From a virus (taxonomy: Duplodnaviria > Caudoviricetes): a stretch of DNA of 64,000 nt. Location of the stretch: positions 10,002 through 74,001 of IMG/VR virus record IMGVR_UViG_3300029288_000153; one strand, 5' to 3'. The notes beneath the pieces are model-generated. The model was not told the origin of the DNA. It saw only the letters and a program-made list of their open reading frames with translations, and ran no database searches. Shown here piece after piece: positions 9,352 to 19,178 of the stretch; within the stretch, counting starts at the first letter, position 1; every line of letters starts with the position of its first letter. The position numbers and the translations under genes were made by a program.

Positions 9352-9660
9352 CTACTGCGCGCCTCTATCCGACAATACGCGTAGCGCAAATTTTGTGCGC
9401 AGCTTAAGCTCCTTTGTTTGTTGCTTGTATGGGTCGTTGCAGGTGTCGTATTCAGCCTTTTTATTGGCCAGATCGACGTCGTTTTCTTTGGCGATCGCCA
9501 AAGCCTCCATCTCCCCAGCCAACATGGAAATACGCTTGTAGATCTGCTCCGTCGAGTCCGCAGCCACCTCGGCCTTGTACTGGTCATCTAAATTCTTGAA
9601 CTTATCTTTGGCGTTGGGGTCGGCCTTTTCGTTTGTGGGGGCACCGAAATTTCGCGTCAT
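9352..9660 (-). CDS. hypothetical coiled-coil protein
   Basis: 102 aa, GGAG RBS. Confidence 0.7.
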   Translation of the reverse strand: MTRNFGAPTNEKADPNAKDKFKNLDDQYKAEVAADSTEQIYKRISMLAGEMEALAIAKENDVDLANKKAEYDTCNDPYKQQTKELKLRTKFALRVLSDRGAQ

Positions 9661-9771
9661 ATATTACTCCTAGTATGGTATAGTATCTACTTCGTTTGTT
9701 TCGCTTGGTTGTACCGTGAGCAGGTCACTGTACATAGAGTGATCATCATAACACGTACTGGGCTGGGCCTG

Positions 9772-11871
9772 CTACATTTCGTATTTAGATTTTTGTCCGT
9801 CGAAGTTGACAACAATTCGTGAATCAAACAGTTCCTGCATTTCACAGCTGTGATCAACCACAAACACAGCCCTATCGACCGAGATGGCTTTTAGTAAATC
9901 AAAGCAAGCTCCCTTGGCTAATGAATCCAGCCCTTCGAAGCATTCGTCGAGAAAAAGGTATCCAGGGAAGACTCCGGTTCTTTCCGCGATGACATCAGCT
10001 AGCGACAGATCAACAGCCAATTCGAGGGCGCTGTACTGCCCCCCGCTTAGTCCATCTCGGGCTGGCACCACATGTCCGTCTTTTTCCACCACCGGGGTGA
10101 TCTCTTGCCGTATCTTACCTGCCCCGGTCTCTCTTTCACAGGCGAATCTAATGGTGGTGTTGCCGACATTAGGGATCAGCGCTAACCTAGCGTTGGCGAG
10201 GTCCGCGATTCGAGCTAGAGTTTCGTCAAAAAGATAAGACAGAAACCCCTTCACCAACACACAGAAATCGCTCTCCAAAGTCACCGCTCGCTCCGCCTCC
10301 TCTACACCTGCTCGCGCCCGCTCAACAGCAGCTACGGCTTTGTTCCTAATTACTAACGCGTCTGTGTAGAATCTCTCAGCTAACGCATTCTCCTTATGGG
10401 CAGCGGCGACCGCCTGTTTGGCGGCAGACACTCGATGCCCTATAGACGATACGGCAATCTGAAGTTCCCCTAGTTGCTGACGGACCTTTTCTTCTTCGGA
10501 GGTAATGACGTTGGCGGCATTAATGTCCCGATCGGCTGCGGCCTGTAGCCGGTGATACTCGCCTTTGGCGTTGGCGACCAACACATCTCTGATCGACTTG
10601 GCGTTGGCGATGCAACTACGTAGCTCCTGTTCCTGTTCTCTGAGAGCGACAGGTACGGGATCAGCGTTCCTTATCTGAGTTACTACAGCGCTGCGCTCCG
10701 CCATCAACCCTTTTAAGGTCTCTACCTGTGCGCGAGCATCTATGGCTTCTGCTATCACTTTTTGCTGTATGGCGATATCATTTTCACATCGATCGATCGC
10801 CGTAATTCGATTAGGATCCCCCGACCAAGAACGATGACACGTAAAGCATATCTCCGACTTCAGCTGCTTTAGTTCGGATCCTGTTTGCGCCAATTGAGAC
10901 ATCGCACCGTCGTGACGATCGATAATCGTCTTCAGTCCACTGACAAGATCAACAACCTCAGCCAATTCTTTTTCGGCACTAACCAAGCTAGCGCGGTGTG
11001 TTGCTTTATATAACTCTACTTGTTTCCGTAGTGCCTGTAACCTCTCCTCCACGTCAGCTACGTCGACAGCTGGTACCTGATCCATATCCGCTTGGGCCTG
11101 TACGATCTTAGGGAACCAGTCGTCGCGAATAAGCTCCACATCTCTAGCATGTTTGGTTGTTAGATGCAGATCAAGGTCCTTGAGCACCTGCATTTGCTTA
11201 TCAAGTAACACCTGCTCTGATTCCAGTGCCACCACACGGGCCTGCAATAGATCGACATCAACCTGTGGTGACTTCGTTGGTTGAGGAGGTATCGCCTCTA
11301 GTAACGTCTGTTGACGGGCTTGGGCCCTGATCGTATCGTCATTCAAGGCGGTCAGCTTTTTAGTTGACTGCTCGATAACGCTCTCAAACCGATCCAGTCC
11401 AAGTAGCTCGGTGAGGAACTGTTTTTTTTCACGGTCCCCCATCGACAAGAATAGTCCCGGGGTTTTTTGCGATCGATACGTCAAGGCCTTTAGAAAACCA
11501 GGCCCAATTCCAAACGCCCCTACCAACCCTTCGCTAATAGACTTAGCTGATGTGTGGGGTTTATCTTCACCTGGCAGTAAAATACTGGCCGGTCTACCGC
11601 GCGTCACCTCCATGCTACCTTTGGCGGTCTCGATTTTTAGCGACACACGCATTGATTCGTCAGTCAACCAACTCCAGCTTTGTAGGGCGGTGGCGGCGAT
11701 GTCGGAATATCCTAGCGCAAACGCTACGCCCTCGGCCAGAGTTGACTTTCCCGCCCCCGACGGCCCGACGATCAGGTGGATGCCTCTAGTAGGCAAGGTA
11801 ATCGTCTGCTCATCTACCACTGACCGAAACGCTCTTAAACTTAAGGACGTCAACGAAAACGATGGAATCAC
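9772..11871 (-). CDS. sbcC: SbcC/Rad50-like ATPase (recombination nuclease subunit)
   Basis: GPSGAGKST, long coiled coil with CFTC zinc hook, LSGGQ, LFLDE, VVDH. Confidence 0.9.
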   Translation of the reverse strand: MIPSFSLTSLSLRAFRSVVDEQTITLPTRGIHLIVGPSGAGKSTLAEGVAFALGYSDIAATALQSWSWLTDESMRVSLKIETAKGSMEVTRGRPASILLPGEDKPHTSAKSISEGLVGAFGIGPGFLKALTYRSQKTPGLFLSMGDREKKQFLTELLGLDRFESVIEQSTKKLTALNDDTIRAQARQQTLLEAIPPQPTKSPQVDVDLLQARVVALESEQVLLDKQMQVLKDLDLHLTTKHARDVELIRDDWFPKIVQAQADMDQVPAVDVADVEERLQALRKQVELYKATHRASLVSAEKELAEVVDLVSGLKTIIDRHDGAMSQLAQTGSELKQLKSEICFTCHRSWSGDPNRITAIDRCENDIAIQQKVIAEAIDARAQVETLKGLMAERSAVVTQIRNADPVPVALREQEQELRSCIANAKSIRDVLVANAKGEYHRLQAAADRDINAANVITSEEEKVRQQLGELQIAVSSIGHRVSAAKQAVAAAHKENALAERFYTDALVIRNKAVAAVERARAGVEEAERAVTLESDFCVLVKGFLSYLFDETLARIADLANARLALIPNVGNTTIRFACERETGAGKIRQEITPVVEKDGHVVPARDGLSGGQYSALELAVDLSLADVIAERTGVFPGYLFLDECFEGLDSLAKGACFDLLKAISVDRAVFVVDHSCEMQELFDSRIVVNFDGQKSKYEM

Positions 11872-12428
11872 GGCACGAATCCTACTTGACCAAAGATCGA
11901 TCTAAAAGCCCATTCGTATGCATTGCCGTAATATAACACTGCTATAGGCTTGGGGATACATGATTTAGCGGGCACCGGCACCTTATTATCGTTGCGAGTC
12001 CAAAACACCACCCTATGACGTAGAAAACAGACCACGGCCTTATCCCAGACCGAATTAAACCAAAAATTAGTCTCCACAGCCGCGGGGACCAGCGCGATCA
12101 CATCACACCCCTTCTGTGACGACTCCTCACACTTTCGTAGCCAATCAGCCATCGACGTGGCTCGCCCCCCACAAATTTCCGGATGAGGGGCAGTGCGTCC
12201 ATACGGTGGGTTAACAAATATCCGTCCCGTCCATGGTTCCGACAGTCCGTCTCTACCGTCCCCGCCCCACGCCCTTGGTCCTGTGTAGGTTTGCTTGGCC
12301 GATACCCACCCCCTCGCGCTACCACAGGGGTCTAAGTCGATTTCCTGAAAGACATCAACCACCTTGTCTATAATCTCGGGTGGTGTAAGCCACGACTGAC
12401 CGGTACTGTCTATGATAGCTCCTGCCAT
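11868..12428 (-). CDS. phage-type DNA N6-adenine methyltransferase
   Basis: WLTPPE, DLDPC, DGLSEPW, FVNPPYG. Confidence 0.85.
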   Translation of the reverse strand: MAGAIIDSTGQSWLTPPEIIDKVVDVFQEIDLDPCGSARGWVSAKQTYTGPRAWGGDGRDGLSEPWTGRIFVNPPYGRTAPHPEICGGRATSMADWLRKCEESSQKGCDVIALVPAAVETNFWFNSVWDKAVVCFLRHRVVFWTRNDNKVPVPAKSCIPKPIAVLYYGNAYEWAFRSIFGQVGFVP

Positions 12429-12457
12429 AGGACCCCTTTTAGATATAATATAACACG

Positions 12458-12709
12458 CTATCGCGTCCGGTAATCGGCGTGTGCTCGCTCGTCGTATAGT
12501 TGTTCCGCGTCCACGTACCGCTCGACGTCCTTAATCATATGCCCCATACGCAGCACCTCCTTGTTATGCAGTGATGGGGCGGTCGGGGTCCGGACACAGA
12601 CTCCATCACAATGCCTACACGGTAGACCTTGATTAGCTTCGGCCGACGTATCGAGCAGGACTTTTTGAATCATGGCACAGTTCTGGCAAGTTAAAATAAA
12701 CAAAGGCAT
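12458..12709 (-). CDS. FmdB-like zinc-ribbon protein
   Basis: MPLFILTCQNC...CRHC. Confidence 0.65.
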   Translation of the reverse strand: MPLFILTCQNCAMIQKVLLDTSAEANQGLPCRHCDGVCVRTPTAPSLHNKEVLRMGHMIKDVERYVDAEQLYDERAHADYRTR

Positions 12710-12739
12710 GGTATGCCCTTCTTGGCGTTGGGCATCTAG

Positions 12740-14575
12740 CTACCAGTGCTCGTTAGCTGTCTCGATAGATGCGTTGCGATCCCAACCTGCAGCCTCGCGA
12801 GCCTCGCAACGCTCTAACTCGGCATCTCGGGGAAACACCACCACCCCACCCAGCGTCCCCAGTAAGGTAGCGATAGAGATACTGTTACGTAGCGCCTCTA
12901 GCACAGCTGGGGTAGCATCGAGGACGCCTGAATGAAATGCGTCGACTGTCTTCCCGTTAGCTGCATCGTATATTTGGGTGCCTACGCCGATTTTTGGTTG
13001 TATGGCGGCTATCTCGTCGGCGTTGAGGCCGACGTTGTTAAGTAGCCTAATCCACGGCTCGTGTAGAGCAGGGACCAGTACCTCATTTACAATGGATAGT
13101 ACATCGGGCTTTTTGCTGTATTGTTTGACTAATAGATGTGTCAGTTTTAGTAACGTCCAGCAACCACCAGGCAACACTCCGCTTTTTAGCGAGCCCTGAA
13201 CTGACCGCACCGCATCGTCACAGCGATCTCGACGCTCCCGAATATCGCCAGTCGACGATCCGACCACAAACAGCTTGGCGATCCCCCCTACTAAACTGGC
13301 TCTGCGCTCTTCAATTAGCCTGCGATCGAGTTCACTAATAGCATTCTTGGACATACCCGCCAGGACCTCGGCTCGTTCAATGACTTCGTCGGGGTCATTG
13401 ACACCGACCAAGGTGGATCGAAAACGCAATGCCTCGAATTCCTTTGCTCTTCCCACCCATGGCAGGTGGTAGACATCTCCTTGGTCGTCTACTTCTATAG
13501 GCCGGGCCGTATCGAACGGCGCCGAGACCGGATCAAAAATTTGAGCGCCAGTTACCGCAGACAAATCGTCCAAAAACATAACCTCGCCGTTCATCAACGC
13601 ACACCGAGGGGTAATCACGGGGTACACCTTTAGCGACCCTTTTGTCCAATTCAGCATCAGCGAGCCTAATACGGCATCGCTAAACCCATGGGCGACCAGC
13701 ACCACCCCAGGGGCTCGTAGCTTCGGCATGTCGGCGATAGCGGGAGATACCCCGGTACCGTTATTGAGGGCATCCTGCAGGATATTAAGCAGCGGCATTG
13801 CTGTGGCGATATCGGTAATCGATCCATTGTATAATACGACACAAGGTTCTTCCAAAAAGACTCGATTATTGCTCTTGTCGTTCATGAACGCGCTCGACCA
13901 TCGCGCCACCGAATCTTCGATCCCCGTAGGAATAGGAAATCCATCTAGTTTTTCGACCTCATACCCAGATGGCCCGCTTTTATCTGATAGACAAATGTTG
14001 CCGTTGTCTCCGATCAGATCAAAACACGACATCACGGCGTCGGCTAATCGTTCTTCGCCGTTCGCCGAGATCAGCGCGACAGAACGGCAGAGTCTACGTC
14101 CTTCTGAGGTAGATATATCCACCTTGGTGGCCCATTCTTTGATTGCTGGCTCGATCGTATCCTCAAAGATCTTTTGAATTGTCTGAACGATTCGTTGTGG
14201 CGGGATCTCTGGGTGACGTGTATGAAACTCTTGAGCGCCGCGCAGTAGCGCATAAGACAAAACCGTCGCGGTAGATGTACCGTCCCCCGCTTCACTGACA
14301 GTACGCACAGCAGCATCCCTTGCCGACTCCATAATCGAATGAGCAACAGGGTTTTGAAACCCTAAATGCTGAAACACGGTTACGCCATCTTTGGTTAGAA
14401 TTGGAGGCAGTGAGAACTCCTGTCGCTCAATCATCACAGGGGATCCACCGGGGCCCAATGTAGCACCTACGATATCAGAGATCGTCTTCATCGTATTTAG
14501 GATGAGTTTATCTAGATCCGGAGAGCGAACCTTCACCAACTTCGCTGCGGCTTGCACTTTTAAATGTGCTGTCAT
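12740..14575 (-). CDS. groEL: chaperonin GroEL-like
   Basis: TLGPGG, TKDGVTV, AGDGTSTAT, GVLPGG, GVLDAT..ALRNSISIA; no GGM tail. Confidence 0.92.
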   Translation of the reverse strand: MTAHLKVQAAAKLVKVRSPDLDKLILNTMKTISDIVGATLGPGGSPVMIERQEFSLPPILTKDGVTVFQHLGFQNPVAHSIMESARDAAVRTVSEAGDGTSTATVLSYALLRGAQEFHTRHPEIPPQRIVQTIQKIFEDTIEPAIKEWATKVDISTSEGRRLCRSVALISANGEERLADAVMSCFDLIGDNGNICLSDKSGPSGYEVEKLDGFPIPTGIEDSVARWSSAFMNDKSNNRVFLEEPCVVLYNGSITDIATAMPLLNILQDALNNGTGVSPAIADMPKLRAPGVVLVAHGFSDAVLGSLMLNWTKGSLKVYPVITPRCALMNGEVMFLDDLSAVTGAQIFDPVSAPFDTARPIEVDDQGDVYHLPWVGRAKEFEALRFRSTLVGVNDPDEVIERAEVLAGMSKNAISELDRRLIEERRASLVGGIAKLFVVGSSTGDIRERRDRCDDAVRSVQGSLKSGVLPGGCWTLLKLTHLLVKQYSKKPDVLSIVNEVLVPALHEPWIRLLNNVGLNADEIAAIQPKIGVGTQIYDAANGKTVDAFHSGVLDATPAVLEALRNSISIATLLGTLGGVVVFPRDAELERCEAREAAGWDRNASIETANEHW

Positions 14576-14617
14576 ATGTTACCTTTCGTCTAGCTCGACT
14601 GGAACGGTCCCTTACAG

Positions 14618-15283
14618 TCAAAATGAAAACACTACTCTCCCTGATAAAATATCATTTACCGGCCCTTCTCCTCGTCGAGCACGAGCCAAGGAGGCTTTGA
14701 CGTATCTTTTACGTAACCGATCTAGTTCCTCTTGTTCCGGGGACACTACCCGAGGTTTACGTATATCGTCAAGTAGCTTTTGGGCGATCTGACGGGCTCG
14801 TTCAACCATCATAGCTGTTTCTATTTCTGTTTTTGTTTCGGCGGCAGAAGAAGACACGTTGATACCACAGGCCGTGTAGTCTGCTGCCCCAAAACCTAGA
14901 ACATCACGCCTAGGAGGTATTTTTATAGCGGTATCTAATCGTTTAGGAGTTTTTGACATCTGCGAGGTAGAGGAGGTGTCGTGATACGAGGATTGCTTGT
15001 AGTTTTTGATTTCATGTCGTGTAAGTCCAAACACGGGGACACGATCGTTTGGACGTATCAGTCGTTTCGAGAACCACCCACCTTCTTGTCGGAAAGCGAA
15101 GGTTGTTTTATTTATCTTGTGGAATTTATTAAGTATTTTAATGTATCGTCGCACTGTCCTAGGCGATACATCTAATTCTTGCGCCAGAAACTTGTCTCCA
15201 GCGTTACACCACCCTCTACGAGCGAGGCTAGATATCAGTATCATACAGCGATTCAGTTGAGTGGAGAGTCTGTTGGATCTCAT
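14618..15283 (-). CDS. winged-HTH protein, candidate replication initiator
   Basis: DKFLAQELDVSPRTVRRYIKIL is an HTH typical of Rep/O-like N-termini. The gene is adjacent to the 84-bp repeats. Confidence 0.55.
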   Translation of the reverse strand: MRSNRLSTQLNRCMILISSLARRGWCNAGDKFLAQELDVSPRTVRRYIKILNKFHKINKTTFAFRQEGGWFSKRLIRPNDRVPVFGLTRHEIKNYKQSSYHDTSSTSQMSKTPKRLDTAIKIPPRRDVLGFGAADYTACGINVSSSAAETKTEIETAMMVERARQIAQKLLDDIRKPRVVSPEQEELDRLRKRYVKASLARARRGEGPVNDILSGRVVFSF

Positions 15284-15349
15284 TTTGATAAGTAGTTGCT
15301 GACGATACTATAACACGGCGTCGAATGAATCACCACAACATCGTAGAAG

Positions 15350-15564
15350 TCCACTGTCCTCTAGATCTGTATTTTAATATATCACGTAGATCTCTATATG
15401 ATCACAGATCTAGCGGCCAAAAACAAGATGGCTGTACCTAAAGAAGGAGGTTATTGGGAGATTTAAATAGCAGTATTTACTCCACTGTCCTCTAGATCTG
15501 TATTTTAATATATCACGTAGATCTCTATATGATCACAGATCTAGCGGCCAAAAACAAGATGGCT
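15350..15564. repeat. two perfect 84-bp AT-rich direct repeats (15350-15433, 15481-15564); candidate replication origin
   Basis: The copies are identical. Each has 4 GATC and an internal 10-bp inverted repeat CTAGATCTGT/ACAGATCTAG. The repeat lies at the strand switch, between divergent TGT-TATAGT elements (15307-15315 minus, 15580-15588 plus). Confidence 0.85.
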
Positions 15565-15619
15565 ATCGATATAGAGGCATGTTATAGTTACGTTAAGGGA
15601 TATGAACACTGCTCACTAG

Positions 15620-16213
15620 GTGGTGTACGAGAAATCTATGTTAATCACATTTATTGGAGTCCCGTGTTCAGGAAAAACCTCGGTGGCATCTCGATTATTC
15701 GCTGACCTCAAGGATCACGGGTTGTCGGTGGAGTTACTAACCGAACAGGCACGCATGTATATTGCGAAAAAAAAATACCGTGAAAAGAACGGGTTTACTG
15801 GGTTGGATACCAATGATCAATTTACTATTATGCGGGAACAGGCTATCAATGAATTAGCTCTAGCAGCTAATTCGTCTTCGATCGTAATAGCAGACTCATG
15901 TGCCCTGTCGGCACTTTTCTACGTTCCTAAATCAGAAATAACTCAGACTGCTATCTGTTTAGCTAGACGGATGGCTCCTAGGTATAGTCTAATATTCCGC
16001 TGTGCGGCTGTTGTGCCGGGAATTAACTATGATCCCTTGCGAATACATAGCTACGAAGAGTCAATCGCCCTGGAGCCTAGAATTGACGATGTGTTGGCTC
16101 TAGCGCGAGTAAACGACGATCGGATCGTGCGATTATATGGCGATAACAACACTCGCGCCCTAGATGCCGGTCGTATAACTACTGCTTTGATATATGAGGA
16201 GTTCAGGCGTTGA
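15620..16213 (+). CDS. NadR/AAA_28-like P-loop kinase/ATPase
   Basis: ITFIGVPCSGKTS, EQARMYI, VIADSC. Confidence 0.75.
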   Translation: MVYEKSMLITFIGVPCSGKTSVASRLFADLKDHGLSVELLTEQARMYIAKKKYREKNGFTGLDTNDQFTIMREQAINELALAANSSSIVIADSCALSALFYVPKSEITQTAICLARRMAPRYSLIFRCAAVVPGINYDPLRIHSYEESIALEPRIDDVLALARVNDDRIVRLYGDNNTRALDAGRITTALIYEEFRR

Positions 16214-17751
16214 AATTGATTATTACGTCATCAACCCCCGCTGAGTTGACCGTGACGGAGGCCACGGAGTCTGATTTGTCTACCTTAAGATCCTTGTTGA
16301 CTTTTCGTGATCGTCAGGTTGAATTTCTGGTCTCGAAACATAAACGGAACAGAAGGTGGAGGGATTCTGCAACCGAAACCTGGAAGAGTAAGTTAGATGA
16401 TTTGACAGGTCAGATCACTCGATGTTTGTTGCTCTCCGATGATTCAGGCAGATGGTATACCTACGTTGGTCTGGCCTCGTATATTCAACAAGCCATGCCG
16501 GGGACAGTAGTAGAAAATCAAGTACAATACCCGGTCCCCGCACCTGTCGCTTGGGAGCATGTACCTAAGTATTCTCCTCGCTATTATCAGTCAGAGGCCA
16601 AAGCGGCGCTTTGGGTCACCAGACACGGCGCAATCAGTATGCCAACAGGATCTGGTAAGTCGTATATAATTAGTGAGCTGTGTCGTGATTTAGGAGTGAG
16701 GGCTGTAATCATGGCCCCTACTACCAGTATTGCTCGACAGTTATATTGCGACTTTTTGTCGCTGTTTGGTAAGAAAAATGTTGGTCTGTATGGCGACGGA
16801 AAAAAAGAAATTGGCAAGAGATTTACTATCGGCATAGCGGCAAGTTTAACTAGAGTTGAGATTGGGTCGGAGGCGTGGAATTTTTTCTCGAACAGCGATT
16901 TGGTTATCTGCGATGAATCTCACCTACTACCAGCCACCACCTTTGAGCACGTATGTATGGGGCTATTACGCACCGCCCCTTATCGTTTTTTTGTTTCGGC
17001 CACTCAAATGCGCACGGATGGTGCCGAGCTATTGTTAAGGGGTATAGTTGGTGATATCGTTTACCGGAAAGAATTCCAAGAGCTAGTGGACGAGGAATTC
17101 TTAGCTAAGCCTCATTTTGTTATGGCGCGGATCCCCTCAACTCACCCTTATCACGGAGACGATGCATTAAAGATGTCGCAGCATCACCTATTGTACAATA
17201 AGCGTATAATTGAACATGCGGGGCGTCTAATTAACGGGATGGCCAAGCAAGGCAAGAGGGTGCTGGTGTTGATAGATGAAATTGCTCAATTTGCTGCACT
17301 GCTACCTCAGTTGCGTGTACAGGTAGGGTTTGCACATGGAGGTTGCACGGCCGTAAATCGAGATTCGGTACCCGGGGAATATCGTAAATCCGATCCTCAG
17401 GCTTTGGTGCGAGCGTTCGACGCCGGTGAATTGCCTGTGCTCGTTGGGACTAGCTGTATTGGCATTGGTACGGATATCCGCTCTCCCGAGGTTGTGGTGT
17501 TTTTGCAAGGAGGAATGAGCGAAATACAGGTCACGCAGGCGCTGGGCAGAGGCACTCGGCGGGGGTATGTATATCCCGACGGTCATACCAAGTCGGATTT
17601 TTTATTTGTGGACTATGCCCCCGTGGTTCAGAATGGACACTATCAGGATGGTGTCGGTAAGATGTCCTCGGTATATCGACACGCATTGGCGCGATCGAAG
17701 ATTTACGAGCAGATATATCCCAATTCGCTGAAGTGGGTGCAATATGACTAA
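16210..17751 (+). CDS. superfamily 2 DExH helicase (UvsW-like)
   Basis: PRYYQ, PTGSGKS, DESH, SAT, QALGRGTR. Confidence 0.9.
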   Translation: MKLIITSSTPAELTVTEATESDLSTLRSLLTFRDRQVEFLVSKHKRNRRWRDSATETWKSKLDDLTGQITRCLLLSDDSGRWYTYVGLASYIQQAMPGTVVENQVQYPVPAPVAWEHVPKYSPRYYQSEAKAALWVTRHGAISMPTGSGKSYIISELCRDLGVRAVIMAPTTSIARQLYCDFLSLFGKKNVGLYGDGKKEIGKRFTIGIAASLTRVEIGSEAWNFFSNSDLVICDESHLLPATTFEHVCMGLLRTAPYRFFVSATQMRTDGAELLLRGIVGDIVYRKEFQELVDEEFLAKPHFVMARIPSTHPYHGDDALKMSQHHLLYNKRIIEHAGRLINGMAKQGKRVLVLIDEIAQFAALLPQLRVQVGFAHGGCTAVNRDSVPGEYRKSDPQALVRAFDAGELPVLVGTSCIGIGTDIRSPEVVVFLQGGMSEIQVTQALGRGTRRGYVYPDGHTKSDFLFVDYAPVVQNGHYQDGVGKMSSVYRHALARSKIYEQIYPNSLKWVQYD

Positions 17752-18802
17752 AAAACAGTATAGTAGCGAGCATTTTTTGTCGTTTGTGTCAAGTTTAGGT
17801 GGGTTGTTAGATGGAGAGAAAAACACAGAGGAGTTTCAGAAAAAACAAGTAGAAACCTTATTTAAGGCGGAGAGGAGTTTTCGGCGTGCGTTGATTTGTC
17901 ATCCTTCGGGCGCCGAGGTGTATCAAGCGTTTATTGATCATATTATGATACGCCAGCGTAATATATTACGAGCCCGGGTGTACTTTCGGGAGCGCGATGT
18001 CCGTTTCAAAAAAGATATTGCCCCTATTTTACGTGCCCGCAAGTTTCGGCGACTATTTCGTTTCGACATTAACTATCAGTTTATTAAGTTTGCTTTGGGG
18101 TGTCGTCAGTGGTCCGAAGATGCTCAGTCCCGGAAGCTTCTAAAGTTAGCCGATAAGGCCATAGCGGCTCGCAATTGTTTGATTCAGAGTAATATCCCGT
18201 TGGCGATCTCCCGGGCTCGGTTGTTTTTTAGTCGATCTCGGGGAGGACATCATACGTTTCTAGATCTACTTCAGACCGCGGTGGGGGGGATGTGTTCGGG
18301 GGTCGACAAATATTGCGGTAGCTACACGCCCGTGTTTCGGGCCGTATTGATCGGTCGCATGCTTGGCGACCTATTAGAAGCCAACAGCGATACTTTGGCT
18401 CATCTGTTCCCGGCCGATAAGCGTCGACTATATCGAGCGAGGAAGATTGCGGCCGGGCTGCGCGAGGGTCTAGACAACGTGGACTGCTTGGAGCTGACCA
18501 AGTTGTTGAATGACGAGGAACTAGCCAAGGGGGAGCCCCCAACCAGCGCAAATGATTTAGTTGCGCTAGTCAACGCGGCCACCGTGATCTTGGCCAGTAC
18601 TCTGCCGTCGGGGGAGGACGATGATGGTCATTCGACGAGTTTCATTGAGGCATATCCAGACAGTTCCGACCCGGCCGACGTTATGTTGGAAAAAGCAGAA
18701 TCTAGACATCGGGTTGCTGAGGCCATAAAAAAGCTGCCGTTGGTGGACCGTAAGTTGTTGCGCTTGAAAGGGATCGATCTGGCGGCTATCGCGTCGTCGT
18801 GA
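17744..18802 (+). CDS. phage sigma70-family factor lacking region 4.2 (candidate late sigma)
   Basis: RNCLIQSNIPLAISRAR...FLDLLQTAVGGMCSGVDKY aligns with RpoD regions 2.1-2.2. The protein ends just after a region 4.1-like segment (IKKLPLVDRKLLRLKG). Confidence 0.75.
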   Translation: MTKKQYSSEHFLSFVSSLGGLLDGEKNTEEFQKKQVETLFKAERSFRRALICHPSGAEVYQAFIDHIMIRQRNILRARVYFRERDVRFKKDIAPILRARKFRRLFRFDINYQFIKFALGCRQWSEDAQSRKLLKLADKAIAARNCLIQSNIPLAISRARLFFSRSRGGHHTFLDLLQTAVGGMCSGVDKYCGSYTPVFRAVLIGRMLGDLLEANSDTLAHLFPADKRRLYRARKIAAGLREGLDNVDCLELTKLLNDEELAKGEPPTSANDLVALVNAATVILASTLPSGEDDDGHSTSFIEAYPDSSDPADVMLEKAESRHRVAEAIKKLPLVDRKLLRLKGIDLAAIASS

Positions 18803-18848
18803 TATAGTAGTAGTGGGGTGTTGCGGTAATTAAATCATAGAGGATGCC

Positions 18849-19178
18849 ATGGTATTTCGGACAGTCAATAAAGATATAGCATGTAGCCCGTTTCCTACTC
18901 ACGCTATTGAACCTGCGATCAGTAAGAGCGGATTCATCACCGCGGCCCCTAGGGCCACAATGTGTGCCTTGACCGTACGAGCCGAGTACATGCCACTGGA
19001 CTTGCAGCGAGGTGATGTTGTTTTTGTCCCCTTGGAGTTCGCGAATTCGGTTTGGGGCAAGAGGCGTATTTCTGTCTTGGGGCTCGACGAGTTCATATTG
19101 GTTCCCGCCGAACAGATCTGTGTGATTCAGAAACACGAACAGGCCCGTCCGCTTCCCACTAGGGAGGCGAGTGAATAG
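18849..19178 (+). CDS. GroES-like co-chaperonin (divergent)
   Basis: RTVNKDIACSP..SKSGFIT..MPLDLQRGDVVFV..DEFILVPAEQICVI parallels GroES RPLHDRVIVK..SAGGIVL..KPLDVKVGDIVIF..EEVLIMSESDILAI. Confidence 0.55.
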   Translation: MVFRTVNKDIACSPFPTHAIEPAISKSGFITAAPRATMCALTVRAEYMPLDLQRGDVVFVPLEFANSVWGKRRISVLGLDEFILVPAEQICVIQKHEQARPLPTREASE

